Assembly (NCBI GenBank): GCA_000002445.1
Contig: CH464491.1
Span: 4,288,001 to 4,352,000 of the forward strand
Reading direction: 5' to 3'
Origin: Trypanosoma brucei
Taxonomy: Eukaryota
DNA length: 64,000 nucleotides
Shown here: positions 46,401 to 56,273 of the stretch, piece after piece
Layout of the letters: every line of letters starts with the position of its first letter
Numbering within the stretch: position 1 is the first letter of the stretch
Made by a program: the position numbers and the translations under genes
Notes under the pieces: generated by a model
What the model was told of the DNA's origin: nothing
Seen by the model: only the letters and a program-made list of their open reading frames with translations
Databases searched by the model: none

Positions 46401-48180
46401 AATTGTCAATGCCATTATTATCACATTGTCATTAGCTCATTCAGTTATTTTATTTCACTATTGGTTAGGTTTGATATTTTGTTATTCTTTTTTTAAATTT
46501 TTTTTTGCTTTCCCTCTTCCCCTCCCCCCTCTCCCCTCTCCGTTTCTTTCTCTTTCTTTACTTTACTCTCCTTTCCTTCTTTTTGAAACTCCTTTTTTTT
46601 AAATATAATTTTTTCTTTCTTTTTCTTTGCTTTGTTTTTGTTTTTTCAGAGGGAAAGTTGGATCAAACTTTTTTTCTCTGTGACTGGCGTTGTTTGTGTT
46701 GTTCTATTATCATTATCATTATTATAATCATTCATTTTCATTTTTTCCCCTTCCTCTTTTTTTTGTCTTTTTTCTTCTTTTTTTTCCTTTTTCTTCTGTT
46801 ACCTTTTTATTATTTTATTTTTTTTGTTATTTTTTATTTTATTTTATTTTATTTTTTGAGCGTTACTGTCCTTTTTTCTTTGTTGTTGCTGGGTTCCAAA
46901 AATTCGGCGAGTACTCCAACAACAATAACAATAAATAACAACACGGAGGGAAGTGAGAAGGAAGCCACACACATATATGTATAAACATAAGCACAAACGC
47001 ACGCAAACACACAAAAACGAACAAAAAAAAAGCAAAGGAAGGAAGGAAAGAGACACTAAAATGTCTGAACTTCCACAAGTGACAAAACAAATACGGGAAC
47101 GGAAAAACGAAAGAAAAAAAAAGGAAAGAGAAAACAAAAACAAAATAAAATAATAAAATAGTAAAAGATACGCACAATGAAAAAAAAAAAGTACAACATA
47201 CATACTTTTATAACTCCCTCCACAAATGCACATGACCACTAGCCACGACCACGTGCACACAAAAGAAAAAAAAAGGAAAAGGGAAAAGGAACAAGGAAGA
47301 ACCAGAGGGAAAAGGGAAAAAAAAAGAACAACAACACACTTTTCCAATGTGTTTCTCATAATATATATATATATATTCATATTTATATTTATTTATTTAT
47401 ACCTACAAATATATAAATATAGGTGTGTCTGTGCATTTGTGTCTATGTTCATATATGTGTTCATTCATTCATTTCCCCCTTGTTTTTCCTTCCTTTCCTT
47501 TCCTTTCCTTTCTTCTCCCTTTTTTTCTTTTTCCTCCTCCCCCTCTTCTGTTAGTCTATTTCAAATATTAGGTTTTTGGGTTTGTCCTTCCCCTATTTCT
47601 TCCCTCGCTTCCACAGCTCGTTGGAAACATGCGGTCTCACCATTTTGTATTGGTCATCAGTATTTTACTTCGTATGGTGTGTCGCAGCCTCTTTCGTTTT
47701 GATCATTTCACTTATATCGAGTCTTTCTTTTTGATGTGTGTATGTGTGCGTGTGTGCATGAGTTCGATTCTTCTCTCCCATTCGACGGGAATGTATGGGC
47801 TCAGTCATCTTTTCTTTTCCTTTTTTTTCGTGATTACTTTTTCCTTTCGTCTTCATGCTTCAATTTATGACCCATACATACACATAAACAAACAAACACA
47901 CACACACACACACACGGACACATGATTTGCTCCGCCTAAAGCGCTACATCGACATCACTTTACTTCTTCTCTTCGCTGTTTCCACGCTTTGCTCTCTCTC
48001 TCTTTTTCTCTCTCGATCTCTCTTTTTCAATCCTACGACTGCTCCAAATACTTCAACCGTTTTCTTCGCTAACCGCTAGTTTCTTTTCTTCTGATCGTTC
48101 CTTTTCACGTCATGCATTTCCCCCCCCCCCAACACACACACACATTCTTCCACTTACCATCACCTGCTTTCAGTTGACTT

Positions 48181-49713
48181 TTACACATATGTAAGCAACA
48201 GCGGCGAGATGACGTAGTCGGAGGCGGAACTGCGTTGGTTAACAGGCTGCCGCGACACCTCAGGTCCCGGGAGCTGTGAAGCCTCCGGGTGCTGCTGCCG
48301 CTGCGTAAAGTATGGAGAAGAAGGGCTTAATGGCATCGCCGGCATCTCCGCCGGAGAGTTGTTCGTATATGAAGTCGGTCGCGAGGTGTAGACGGGCTCA
48401 AACGAATACCCCTGAGACGCATTCAACACACGAGATTGTTGTTGTTGTTGTAAGTGGGGCGGATGATGGTGGTGGTGGTGGTGATGATGATGCGTTTGCT
48501 GTTGTTGTTGTTGCTGCTGAAATGAGTTGTGGTGATGTTTGTAAGACGGGCCCGGTGGCACTACGAGTGGACCTCTACCTTGTTGCATTGGGCCACAACT
48601 ACCGAAGGAAACAGGTCCCGCTGCATGTTGTTGGTGCAGCGGCAGGTTGTTGGTCATATAACCACTGGAACCGCCATGCGGAGATCCCGCCTGTTGATGC
48701 TGTTGCCGATAGCCACCGCGGCTCTGGTACGGGTGCCCGCCCATGTGTTGGGAATGCCCACTTAGGCCGCCGTGGGGATGGGGGTGGGAACGATGCATCT
48801 GCTGAAGCTGTTGTGGGTGAAGGTGGCCGTGGCCTCCACCGCCTCCGTAACCACCCCTGTAGGCCGAGTTGTATTGCTGCCGCTGCGACCGCATCGAGTG
48901 GCCTTGAGACGGCATTTGGGGGGAACGCGTGTTCAAATGAACACGGTGAATAAAGTTACACAAACTTCCACGCCCACACCTTTCGCGTTCGTAATGCTTG
49001 CAAAACCGGAGATATTTCGTGGAGTCACTGTGTTGAGCCTCCTCGCTGCCCTTCGTACGGTAGACTTGCTCTGAAGGCACTTGCACCGGGTTCGCTGCTC
49101 CGCCTCGCAAAGAGTGACCCGCGTTGATGTAAAAAACTGAGCCTGGTTCATGTCGCTCGTATGGTGCTTCTTCCAATAAGGCAACAGGTGTGGACCAGTG
49201 AACCAGATTGACAGTCACAGGCAAGTCACCGTCACGAGGTTCTGCAAAGGTGTGCCGACTGTGGATGAAGTCACAACGGTCCCCGTGGGCACACGAGGCA
49301 TTGGTGGAAAAGGATTTGCAAAGGTATAGTGCGTAACTCGGCTCCTTTGTACCTCTGTTTCGTGACAAATAGTTTTTCGACCCAGAAGTAGTCTCGATGA
49401 ATTCGGACGGGATACACAGCGCTTTGTTCTTGTCAGCACTCAGCACGTGGAAGCGGCGGTCGTGCTGACCCGACTCATTGGCATCGATATTATCCCCATC
49501 AGTACCCTTGTCAGGGGCCACTAATTCTGTTGGCGCCTCGAGTGGTTCCTTCTGCGGTTTGCTGCTACTGCACCTACTGTTGCTCCCGCTCCCAGGAAGT
49601 ACCTTGGTGAAACAACTTTCAGGTCGATCCGTGTTAGGCAGCACAGGGGAAAGAATGTCTAACCCCGCCTGCTGCTCCTGTGGCGAGCCCAAAGAGTCCT
49701 TCGCTTCACTCAT
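48181..49713 (-). CDS. CCCH-type zinc-finger protein (two C-x7/8-C-x5-C-x3-H fingers) with a long Q/H/G/Y-rich low-complexity C-terminal half
   Basis: CKSFSTNASCAHGDRCDFIH and CKHYERERCGRGSLCNFIH are CCCH fingers. The C-terminus has poly-Q, poly-H (HHHHHHHHHH) and GGYGGGGG runs. The ORF extends to 49809. The preferred start is MSEAKDSLG at 49711-49713. Confidence 0.7.
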   Translation of the reverse strand: MSEAKDSLGSPQEQQAGLDILSPVLPNTDRPESCFTKVLPGSGSNSRCSSSKPQKEPLEAPTELVAPDKGTDGDNIDANESGQHDRRFHVLSADKNKALCIPSEFIETTSGSKNYLSRNRGTKEPSYALYLCKSFSTNASCAHGDRCDFIHSRHTFAEPRDGDLPVTVNLVHWSTPVALLEEAPYERHEPGSVFYINAGHSLRGGAANPVQVPSEQVYRTKGSEEAQHSDSTKYLRFCKHYERERCGRGSLCNFIHRVHLNTRSPQMPSQGHSMRSQRQQYNSAYRGGYGGGGGHGHLHPQQLQQMHRSHPHPHGGLSGHSQHMGGHPYQSRGGYRQQHQQAGSPHGGSSGYMTNNLPLHQQHAAGPVSFGSCGPMQQGRGPLVVPPGPSYKHHHNSFQQQQQQQQTHHHHHHHHHHPPHLQQQQQSRVLNASQGYSFEPVYTSRPTSYTNNSPAEMPAMPLSPSSPYFTQRQQHPEASQLPGPEVSRQPVNQRSSASDYVISPLLLTYV

Positions 49714-51824
49714 TCTCTGCTCGCGTGTTCCCTCTTTCTTTTGCACTCTTGCTGTCACTCTTTTGATTCCACGGCTTCGAACACACACACACTCTCTCTC
49801 TACCGTCACTTCCTTCTTTCCTTAGTACTCTTTTCGCCTACGTCGCCTCCAATAGGTTTTTCTTCCTTTTCCTTGATAGTGATACTGGCAGTAGTTATAA
49901 CAATGAGTAAGGAGAGAATTGCAGTCAAAAAGAAAAAAAAGTAAGAAAAACAATTCATCACACAAGAACCCTGATCCCCCCCCCCTCTCCCTCCATCTCC
50001 TTTTTGGCCCCCTTTCTTCCGTATTTTTTATTATAACAATTAACTATTTATTTATAGAAATATCCCTTCTTCCTTCCTGGTCGCTTGTTGAAATCTTTCT
50101 TCACATAGAACGGTCGAGTGGAAGTGGCGAGAAAATAAAACACAAAAGAAGAGTGGCGAGTGGCGACGAGGCAGCGATACGTAGAGCGCAGGGCAGCCCT
50201 CTAAGAACAGAAGCCGAATGCTAATGATGACAACGATAATAATTGCAGCAAAGACAGTTGTGAGTATGATGGGTCCCAACGAAATAATGAGTACGAACGC
50301 CCCCGCAGAAGTGAAGAAAAAGAAAGGAAAGAGGACAAACAGCCCATAAACAGTAAAGCTCACCGCAGCACCCGCAGACACTGACAGTACAGCAGAGCGG
50401 GCATTACCCCAATTATGCACGTTTCTTTTTTTTTTTAAATTTCCCCTTTCTTTTCTTCTCTTTCTCCTTTGATTTCATTCGACACATTCGAGCACAACAT
50501 CAGACACACACGCAACCAATAGGGGGAAAGGGAGCATACGTTCACTTCACGGCAAAAGGAAACAATGCGGACAACCAACTTAGAAACAACTGCATGGCCC
50601 TCGACTCATTTTCCCTCAACGCAGCGCTCCTCTGTCATTTGTACTATTGCTACAAATGTTTATCCATTCCCATCCATCCACGGAAATGGGAATGCAAAAG
50701 CATGAAATCACGAAATCAAAAAAAAAAAAACAACGAAACTGCGACACCTCATTCTTAACAATCTTGACCACATTTCACATTAAGCCTGAATTAGAGTGAA
50801 AGATGTCAATATGGAAATAATACAACAGTAAAGGGAAGATGGAAATGGGAAAGAGGATGTGAAAGGCTCACCACAAGCAAATGCCGCTTCTCTCCATTTT
50901 TTCCATTCTTTTACCCACAAACAAGTTTACTCCTTGCAGTTAAATCTTCTCCCTTTTGGCAACAAAGCATGACGATTGGTGTTGTTACCGTCGTTAGCCG
51001 CTGCCGCCCACATCAATAAATATGTGGAGACAAAAGATAAAACATAAGCACTGAAACTAATGAAAAGTGAGCTAACAGTTAACTCAACAACATCAACAAC
51101 AAAAAAGTGGTAGAATGGAATAAGACCAACAACAGCAGGTTGAAAAGAAAAAAAACCCTACACTTCCACAAAACTAACACACACACATTCGTACAACTTA
51201 CATCCCTCTCCGGTCAAGTCATGGTCCACTTTCACTTATGAAAACTAATATTTACCAACTGGTGCTGCAAGTCCTCATGAATGATCGACACGGCTACGAT
51301 TCCAATTCTTTTTATTCTTTACGCATCGCCTCTCTCCCTCTCTTTCTCTCTTGTCATATGGCGCTGTGTTCTTCCCTTCCCCCGGTTGCACTTGCGATGT
51401 GCCAATTTGTATTACCTCGGACCCCTTCCTCTTAATAATACCGAATGCGCCAACACCTGGAGGAAGGGTTTTGAAACGCATATGAGTGTTACGCAAAAAA
51501 AAAGAAATACACTAAAGAGGGATCGGAGAAGTGGGAAACTGACATGCAGAATCCCCACTGGGAACACTGCCGTGTCTTTCCACAACCATTATTTTAGTTT
51601 ATGAATATTCCACATCATCTTTTCTCCTCAAGCACCCCCCCCCCTTCACTTCCACACGGTGCATTACTAATAGACGCCGTGATGGGGGTTTCTTCATTCG
51701 TCCTTTCACCATCCCAAAATAACGGAACACATCCACCACTTCAGTCCCAAAGGAGAAAACAAAAACAAAAAAAGAACATTCAACAGACCTCTCTCCCCCT
51801 CGCCCTCCCTTTTCACAATGCTTC

Positions 51825-53150
51825 TCAACCGCGACTATAAATTATCAGCGCCACAATGCAAAGCATGCTTCCGATAACAAATAGTATGCCAGGAACAAAA
51901 GAGTATATCAACAACGATAATATTCCACTTAACACAATAGAACACCCCGCTGCAAAGGCTTTCATGATATTGTCCGTATGCTTAATTACCAACGCCACTA
52001 ACAATCCGCCCACTGCCTGAACAAAAATCATTAACCACACGAGGGAGTCGAAGCCACGGAAGTACTCTTGGAAAAAAGAAGTGCCAGCATTGACATCGTC
52101 GGGCGTCGCATTAACTTGGGCTTGACCTTGAGTATTGGAGCCAGAGCCTGCGAGAAGCTGTGCGACAATATAACAAACAACGGAGTACGCGGAAAGGTGA
52201 ACGTTTTTCGTGGAGGTATGAGAACTGAGCGAAGCGTCCTTAGATTTGAAGAGCCATTCCGACATGACAGCACCTGCACTGGAACATAAAACCGCCATCG
52301 TTGTTGCCACCACACCCACTACGTAACTACCGCTGATTTCCACAGAATTCGTCTTCTCTTCAGGTTTCCGACTACTATGCTTGCTGCCGAGCTGGGCTAA
52401 CACCACACCTGCCATCAACAAAAAGAGGGCCATCCACTGCTGTGAAGAAAACGTACGACCGAGAAATATCCACAGGAGCAGAGCCGTACCGAGTATTTTT
52501 GTCTGGTAGGTTACCTGAAAGAGTGTGGGCTCCATATTCGCCAATGCCACAAACATAACATAGTTCTGGAATGCGTAAATGATGGCGGGAACGGCAGTTG
52601 GCACCGCACTTCGGTGGAGAAGCTGCAAAAGAAATAAGCCACAGAAGCCCTCTCGGTTTATCTCCACTTCTATCGACTGGGCGTCAGAGGAGAGATCCGC
52701 GGGGGCCGACTCCATGTTAGTTGCGAGCTTGGCTCCATTACTGTTATCTTCATGGCTGTCCTCATAACACAATAGTTTTTGATCCTGCTTCAAGGTTTTC
52801 ACATCTCTCATTACATCGGATCCACGATGGCCCAGCGGAGTTTCCGATGCATCGGTCCCGGAGTCGTCAAGTACGCGAGAACCGCGGGGGGCGATTGTGG
52901 AAAAAACGTCCCACGCGCACCATGCGAGAGACATTAGAAACTTTACCATCTCAGTCATCATCACAACATGAGAGGTGTTGAAGCGGTTGGAGGGATCTTT
53001 GCTGGATTGTCTTTGTTGCGTGTAGCTCATAAGTATCACAATCGTTGCATTCTGCACAGTGAGAAGCACGAGGAGAACGTAATGAAACAATGAATACGAG
53101 TTGGCCTGCGAGTTGAACTGGGAACTACTCACACTCCTCAAGGGAAACAT
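51825..53150 (-). CDS. Nucleotide-sugar transporter (SLC35A UDP-galactose/CMP-sialic acid transporter family), 441 aa
   Basis: Multi-pass membrane protein. KILGTALLLWIFLGRTFSSQQWMALFLLMAGVVLAQ and the C-terminal LVALVIKHTDNIMKAFAAGCSIVLSGILS are characteristic of NST/TPT family transporters. Confidence 0.85.
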   Translation of the reverse strand: MFPLRSVSSSQFNSQANSYSLFHYVLLVLLTVQNATIVILMSYTQQRQSSKDPSNRFNTSHVVMMTEMVKFLMSLAWCAWDVFSTIAPRGSRVLDDSGTDASETPLGHRGSDVMRDVKTLKQDQKLLCYEDSHEDNSNGAKLATNMESAPADLSSDAQSIEVEINREGFCGLFLLQLLHRSAVPTAVPAIIYAFQNYVMFVALANMEPTLFQVTYQTKILGTALLLWIFLGRTFSSQQWMALFLLMAGVVLAQLGSKHSSRKPEEKTNSVEISGSYVVGVVATTMAVLCSSAGAVMSEWLFKSKDASLSSHTSTKNVHLSAYSVVCYIVAQLLAGSGSNTQGQAQVNATPDDVNAGTSFFQEYFRGFDSLVWLMIFVQAVGGLLVALVIKHTDNIMKAFAAGCSIVLSGILSLLIYSFVPGILFVIGSMLCIVALIIYSRG

Positions 53151-53643
53151 CTATAGCTTACGGGATCGTTGGAGCCCTCCCACCGCTCTCTCTCTCTCTC
53201 TCTTCAGTTTCCTTCTGCACTTCTTTATTTATTTCTTGTATGATATTCCACACCAGCCTCCCCCACAGCAACCCACGATACCGCTCCCTCCAACGTGGCT
53301 CTCCTCCGTAGTTCTTTTCCGCCACGCTGCCTTCCTCAACTCGCCTCCAGTGTGAAGGTCGTTACAAAAATATCTGTATATATGTAAAAATGTATAAACT
53401 ACAAGCGCCACTACAAGAGGACCATATGGAATGAAAACGATTAGCAAAATATGTGCCACGCAAGAAATGGTTAAATAATACGGGCCAGAAGCGTCTCGAG
53501 CACATAAAAAATATATTGCAGTAATGGTGTGCTCGTACAGTCGCCCAGGAAGGAAAGGCGCAGTGTAGCAATATATATATATATTATAACACTAACAAAT
53601 CTCCTCCCCAAAATAAAAGCTACATGCGGCGCAGCCACAGCAA

Positions 53644-55404
53644 CTACGATCCAAAGGAACGTCGCTCCGCATCGACATCAACTGCAGCGTAACGTCTCTG
53701 TACCTTGAATGGGATATTCAGGACCTCACAAAACGCGCTAACCTCACGCACTGCAAAACGACTCAAGATAACAACTGAGACTCCATGTTCACCAAAACGA
53801 CCAACTCGACCGCACCAATGCGCGTACTCCGCTGACGACCGAGGTGTCGCCAGCATAAGTACATGAGTTAACCCAGAAATATCGAGGCCACGTACGGAAG
53901 ATGAACCGGAAATAATAATTTTCCTTCCACGCGGTGCCAATGTTTTGCCACGAGTGGAAGATTCAGTGTCATTCACTTGCCCGCTGCAGCGCAGCGGACT
54001 ACAGGAGGGCACATCATCTCGAGTTATCTCAGGCTCGACAGCATCCCCTGCAAAAGCAGGTTTCAGCACCTCCCGAACGAAGAGCTCTCGGCTCGCCGAC
54101 TCCGGTAATATCACTAAAATCTTCCCCTCGTCGTAACTGTGGCAACAGGTCGAGTTTGACTGCTTCATGGCTACTGCAACACACTCCCGTTGTTCCGCTA
54201 ATGTGTCTGCCGTGTAAAAGAGGTGCTGAATGTTGGCTGGAACACTCACCTTCGATGTGTTCCCCGTTGTTGCCACTTTTTGTGAAAAACTCTGGATCTC
54301 ACTTTCGAAAATGCGGGACGTCCTCGACTCCAATATGTTCTTTTTCAAGAACCGGCGCACATGGTTGACTGTGGAGCCAGCCAAAGTGGCACTCGTGAAT
54401 ACCAACTGCACCGGCGCCTGGTACTTGGTAAAACGGTAAAGCTCTTTCATAAGTAAATTACCTGCAGCATTCGGGGATGTGGAGGGCAGCACATCATCCA
54501 CCTCATCCACTACGATGAGATCGAGGCTAGGAAGCGCAGGCGTGCGGTTGAAGGAACGGCGTTTTCGGCCCCGTGAAGCATCGCGCTTCTCGAGAGCCTC
54601 CTTGTGCCGCCGAAAAAAATTCCAAAACACCTCCGGGGTTGCGACGCACACATAAGGCCGCCGGTCCACCGCCTTCACTACGTTCCCAGCCCCGTCACGA
54701 ATCAACTCCCGTGTGAGCCGTCTGTACACTACGCCTGGAGGTACGTCGCTGGTTGCGGTAAACACGAGCCGATCATCATCCTTGTACCACCACATTTCCC
54801 GCATCCACCGGGCTATCTGCATGCAGAGGTTGTCGTTCTGAGCAAGGAAAAGGACAGAAAAAAGCTTCATCGGACCGTCACGCATCAGTCTTGCTATAAG
54901 AGCCAGACACAGAGCGAACGTCTTTCCAGTCCCCGTCGGGGCGCAGAGGGCCACGTCTTGGCGCGCGTAGAAGTGCTGCAGGGCACGCGCCTGCACGACC
55001 GTAAGGCCTTCAAAGCCGCACTTATGCACTTCCGAGGGAGACTCACCCTCCCGCAGTTGCTCAAAACGGCGGTGGAGGTATTCGACAAGGTACGGGGGGA
55101 GGCCCATCCGTTCGGGATCGAGTGTTGCGACGGGCCGTTGCCAAAGTTCCTGCAAAGGCGTCGACTGAAGCGCCGACTCGTCGATCTTTACGTCTGACAG
55201 CGACACATCACGCAGCGGCTCGGGTCTTCTGGGGGTGAACACCAGCGGTCTGCAGTCAGAACTTCGAAAATCTGTAAATTCCTCCGGTACCTCGCGGAAC
55301 CGGCGCGGAAGACGCTTCTCACTCCTCCACAAGGCTCGGACACAGCATCTCATGGCACTCTCCCCTGAAAAATCGGTGTCATGCTTTGCGATGGGTGTTC
55401 CCAC
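53644..55404 (-). CDS. DEAD-box-like ATP-dependent RNA helicase with motif II DEVD, 586 aa
   Basis: Q-motif and motif [22 protein letters not shown], motif [13 protein letters not shown], motif [13 protein letters not shown], and motif [12 protein letters not shown] are all present. Confidence 0.8.
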   Translation of the reverse strand: MGTPIAKHDTDFSGESAMRCCVRALWRSEKRLPRRFREVPEEFTDFRSSDCRPLVFTPRRPEPLRDVSLSDVKIDESALQSTPLQELWQRPVATLDPERMGLPPYLVEYLHRRFEQLREGESPSEVHKCGFEGLTVVQARALQHFYARQDVALCAPTGTGKTFALCLALIARLMRDGPMKLFSVLFLAQNDNLCMQIARWMREMWWYKDDDRLVFTATSDVPPGVVYRRLTRELIRDGAGNVVKAVDRRPYVCVATPEVFWNFFRRHKEALEKRDASRGRKRRSFNRTPALPSLDLIVVDEVDDVLPSTSPNAAGNLLMKELYRFTKYQAPVQLVFTSATLAGSTVNHVRRFLKKNILESRTSRIFESEIQSFSQKVATTGNTSKVSVPANIQHLFYTADTLAEQRECVAVAMKQSNSTCCHSYDEGKILVILPESASRELFVREVLKPAFAGDAVEPEITRDDVPSCSPLRCSGQVNDTESSTRGKTLAPRGRKIIISGSSSVRGLDISGLTHVLMLATPRSSAEYAHWCGRVGRFGEHGVSVVILSRFAVREVSAFCEVLNIPFKVQRRYAAVDVDAERRSFGS

Positions 55405-55676
55405 GATATAACAAAGTTACGCACGCAGAACAGAGAGGGGGGAACGAAACCATGGAAAAACAGGAGAGGGTAAACAAGCGAATAAAAAGGTTAGCATAGC
55501 CTCTTTTGAAGATAAGTATGGAGGGAATGATTACTACGGTGTGCTCATCGTGGGGAGGGGAAGCTTACGATAGAAAGTACCAACGGGTGAAATGAGACGA
55601 AAAAAAACAAAAAATATATATGACCAACAAAAGATACCAAGGTCCTCTACATGCTTCAAAACATTCAACGATATAC

Positions 55677-55880
55677 TTACTCCTCGTCGGCTTCCGCCGC
55701 ATTCTCATCATTGCCGGCGTTGTCCTCAACAACTTCTTCAACTTCATCCCCCACTTCCTCCTCACTGCTCTCAACAGCCTCATTGCGAGGTTGGGTTTCC
55801 TTGCAGCGGTGCCTCATTATGTCAAGTACAGATGAACCATAGTAAGTTGCTCCGGAGCAGGCGATAGTAAGGGCGGGCAT
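55677..55880 (-). CDS. Possible small acidic protein, 67 aa (weak)
   Basis: This is the only ORF in the 870-bp spacer between the helicase and the TPR-like gene. It is co-oriented and has an acidic E/D-rich tail, but no other support. Confidence 0.15.
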   Translation of the reverse strand: MPALTIACSGATYYGSSVLDIMRHRCKETQPRNEAVESSEEEVGDEVEEVVEDNAGNDENAAEADEE

Positions 55881-56273
55881 CAGTCACCCACAACTGTTTG
55901 TTCGATATAGAGTAGAGTAGATACACTGTACTAATGGAGTGTAGCACCTCTAAATGGTAGCGATTTGGCGGTGAATTCCTTTTGCAGTTTCTTCTTTTTT
56001 TTTTTTTAGCGTTACCCTCGTCGATACACTACTACTTCTAATAAAGGTGCTAAAGATGGCTATAAAATGCAGACGCTGGGAAGAGTAAGGAAAAGTATTA
56101 TGCATTCCTCATCGTGGTTGACTGACGAAACGATAATGCGCACGCAGCGTGCCAATCGTGCCCCTAAACACGTACGCATACACACTTAAGCAAATGGAAA
56201 AAGTTTGCAAATTAATGATGACAAAACCACCATGAGCTTACCTACCGCCCAGCGTAGCAACACACATTACCGC

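Larger units (their letters stand above)
34531..48180. repeat. Roughly 13.6-kb gene-free low-complexity tract made of alternating A-rich and T-rich strand-skewed blocks, (AAT)n/(ATT)n, (TA)n and (A)n/(T)n runs
   Basis: Direct inspection. No ORF here has non-repetitive composition. Blocks of about 300-800 bp alternate between purine/A-rich (for example 35.8-36.2, 39.1-39.6, 40.5-41.0, 42.1-42.9, 43.98-44.8, 46.9-47.35 kb) and pyrimidine/T-rich (36.4-36.6, 38.9-39.1, 39.7-40.2, 41.1-41.5, 42.9-43.25, 46.2-46.9, 47.45-48.1 kb) on the plus strand. Confidence 0.85.

Noticed and set aside
35803-47380. Numerous 60-180-aa ORFs in the desert, K/N/F/L-rich, including a poly-Asn ORF at 40201-40647
   Set aside because: They are translations of microsatellite and homopolymer DNA, with no complexity, no start context and no consistent strand. 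They are not credible proteins.
34531-48180. Centromere-type tandem satellite, for example an AT-rich roughly 147-bp unit array
   Set aside because: No higher-order tandem periodicity is visible. The tract is a heterogeneous patchwork of simple repeats and there are no flanking retroelements. A degenerate centromere cannot be excluded without ChIP data, so it is kept as one hypothesis in the findings.
48312-48953. 213-aa plus-strand ORF (G/V/A-rich) opposite the Q/H-rich tail of the CCCH gene
   Set aside because: It is generated by the low-complexity CAG/CAC/GGN-rich coding sequence on the other strand, not an independent gene.
54604-55197. 197-aa plus-strand ORF inside the helicase gene, and similar ORFs at 59083-59748 and 60948-61472
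   Set aside because: All are antisense to genes with clear conserved motifs. None has a recognisable motif of its own.
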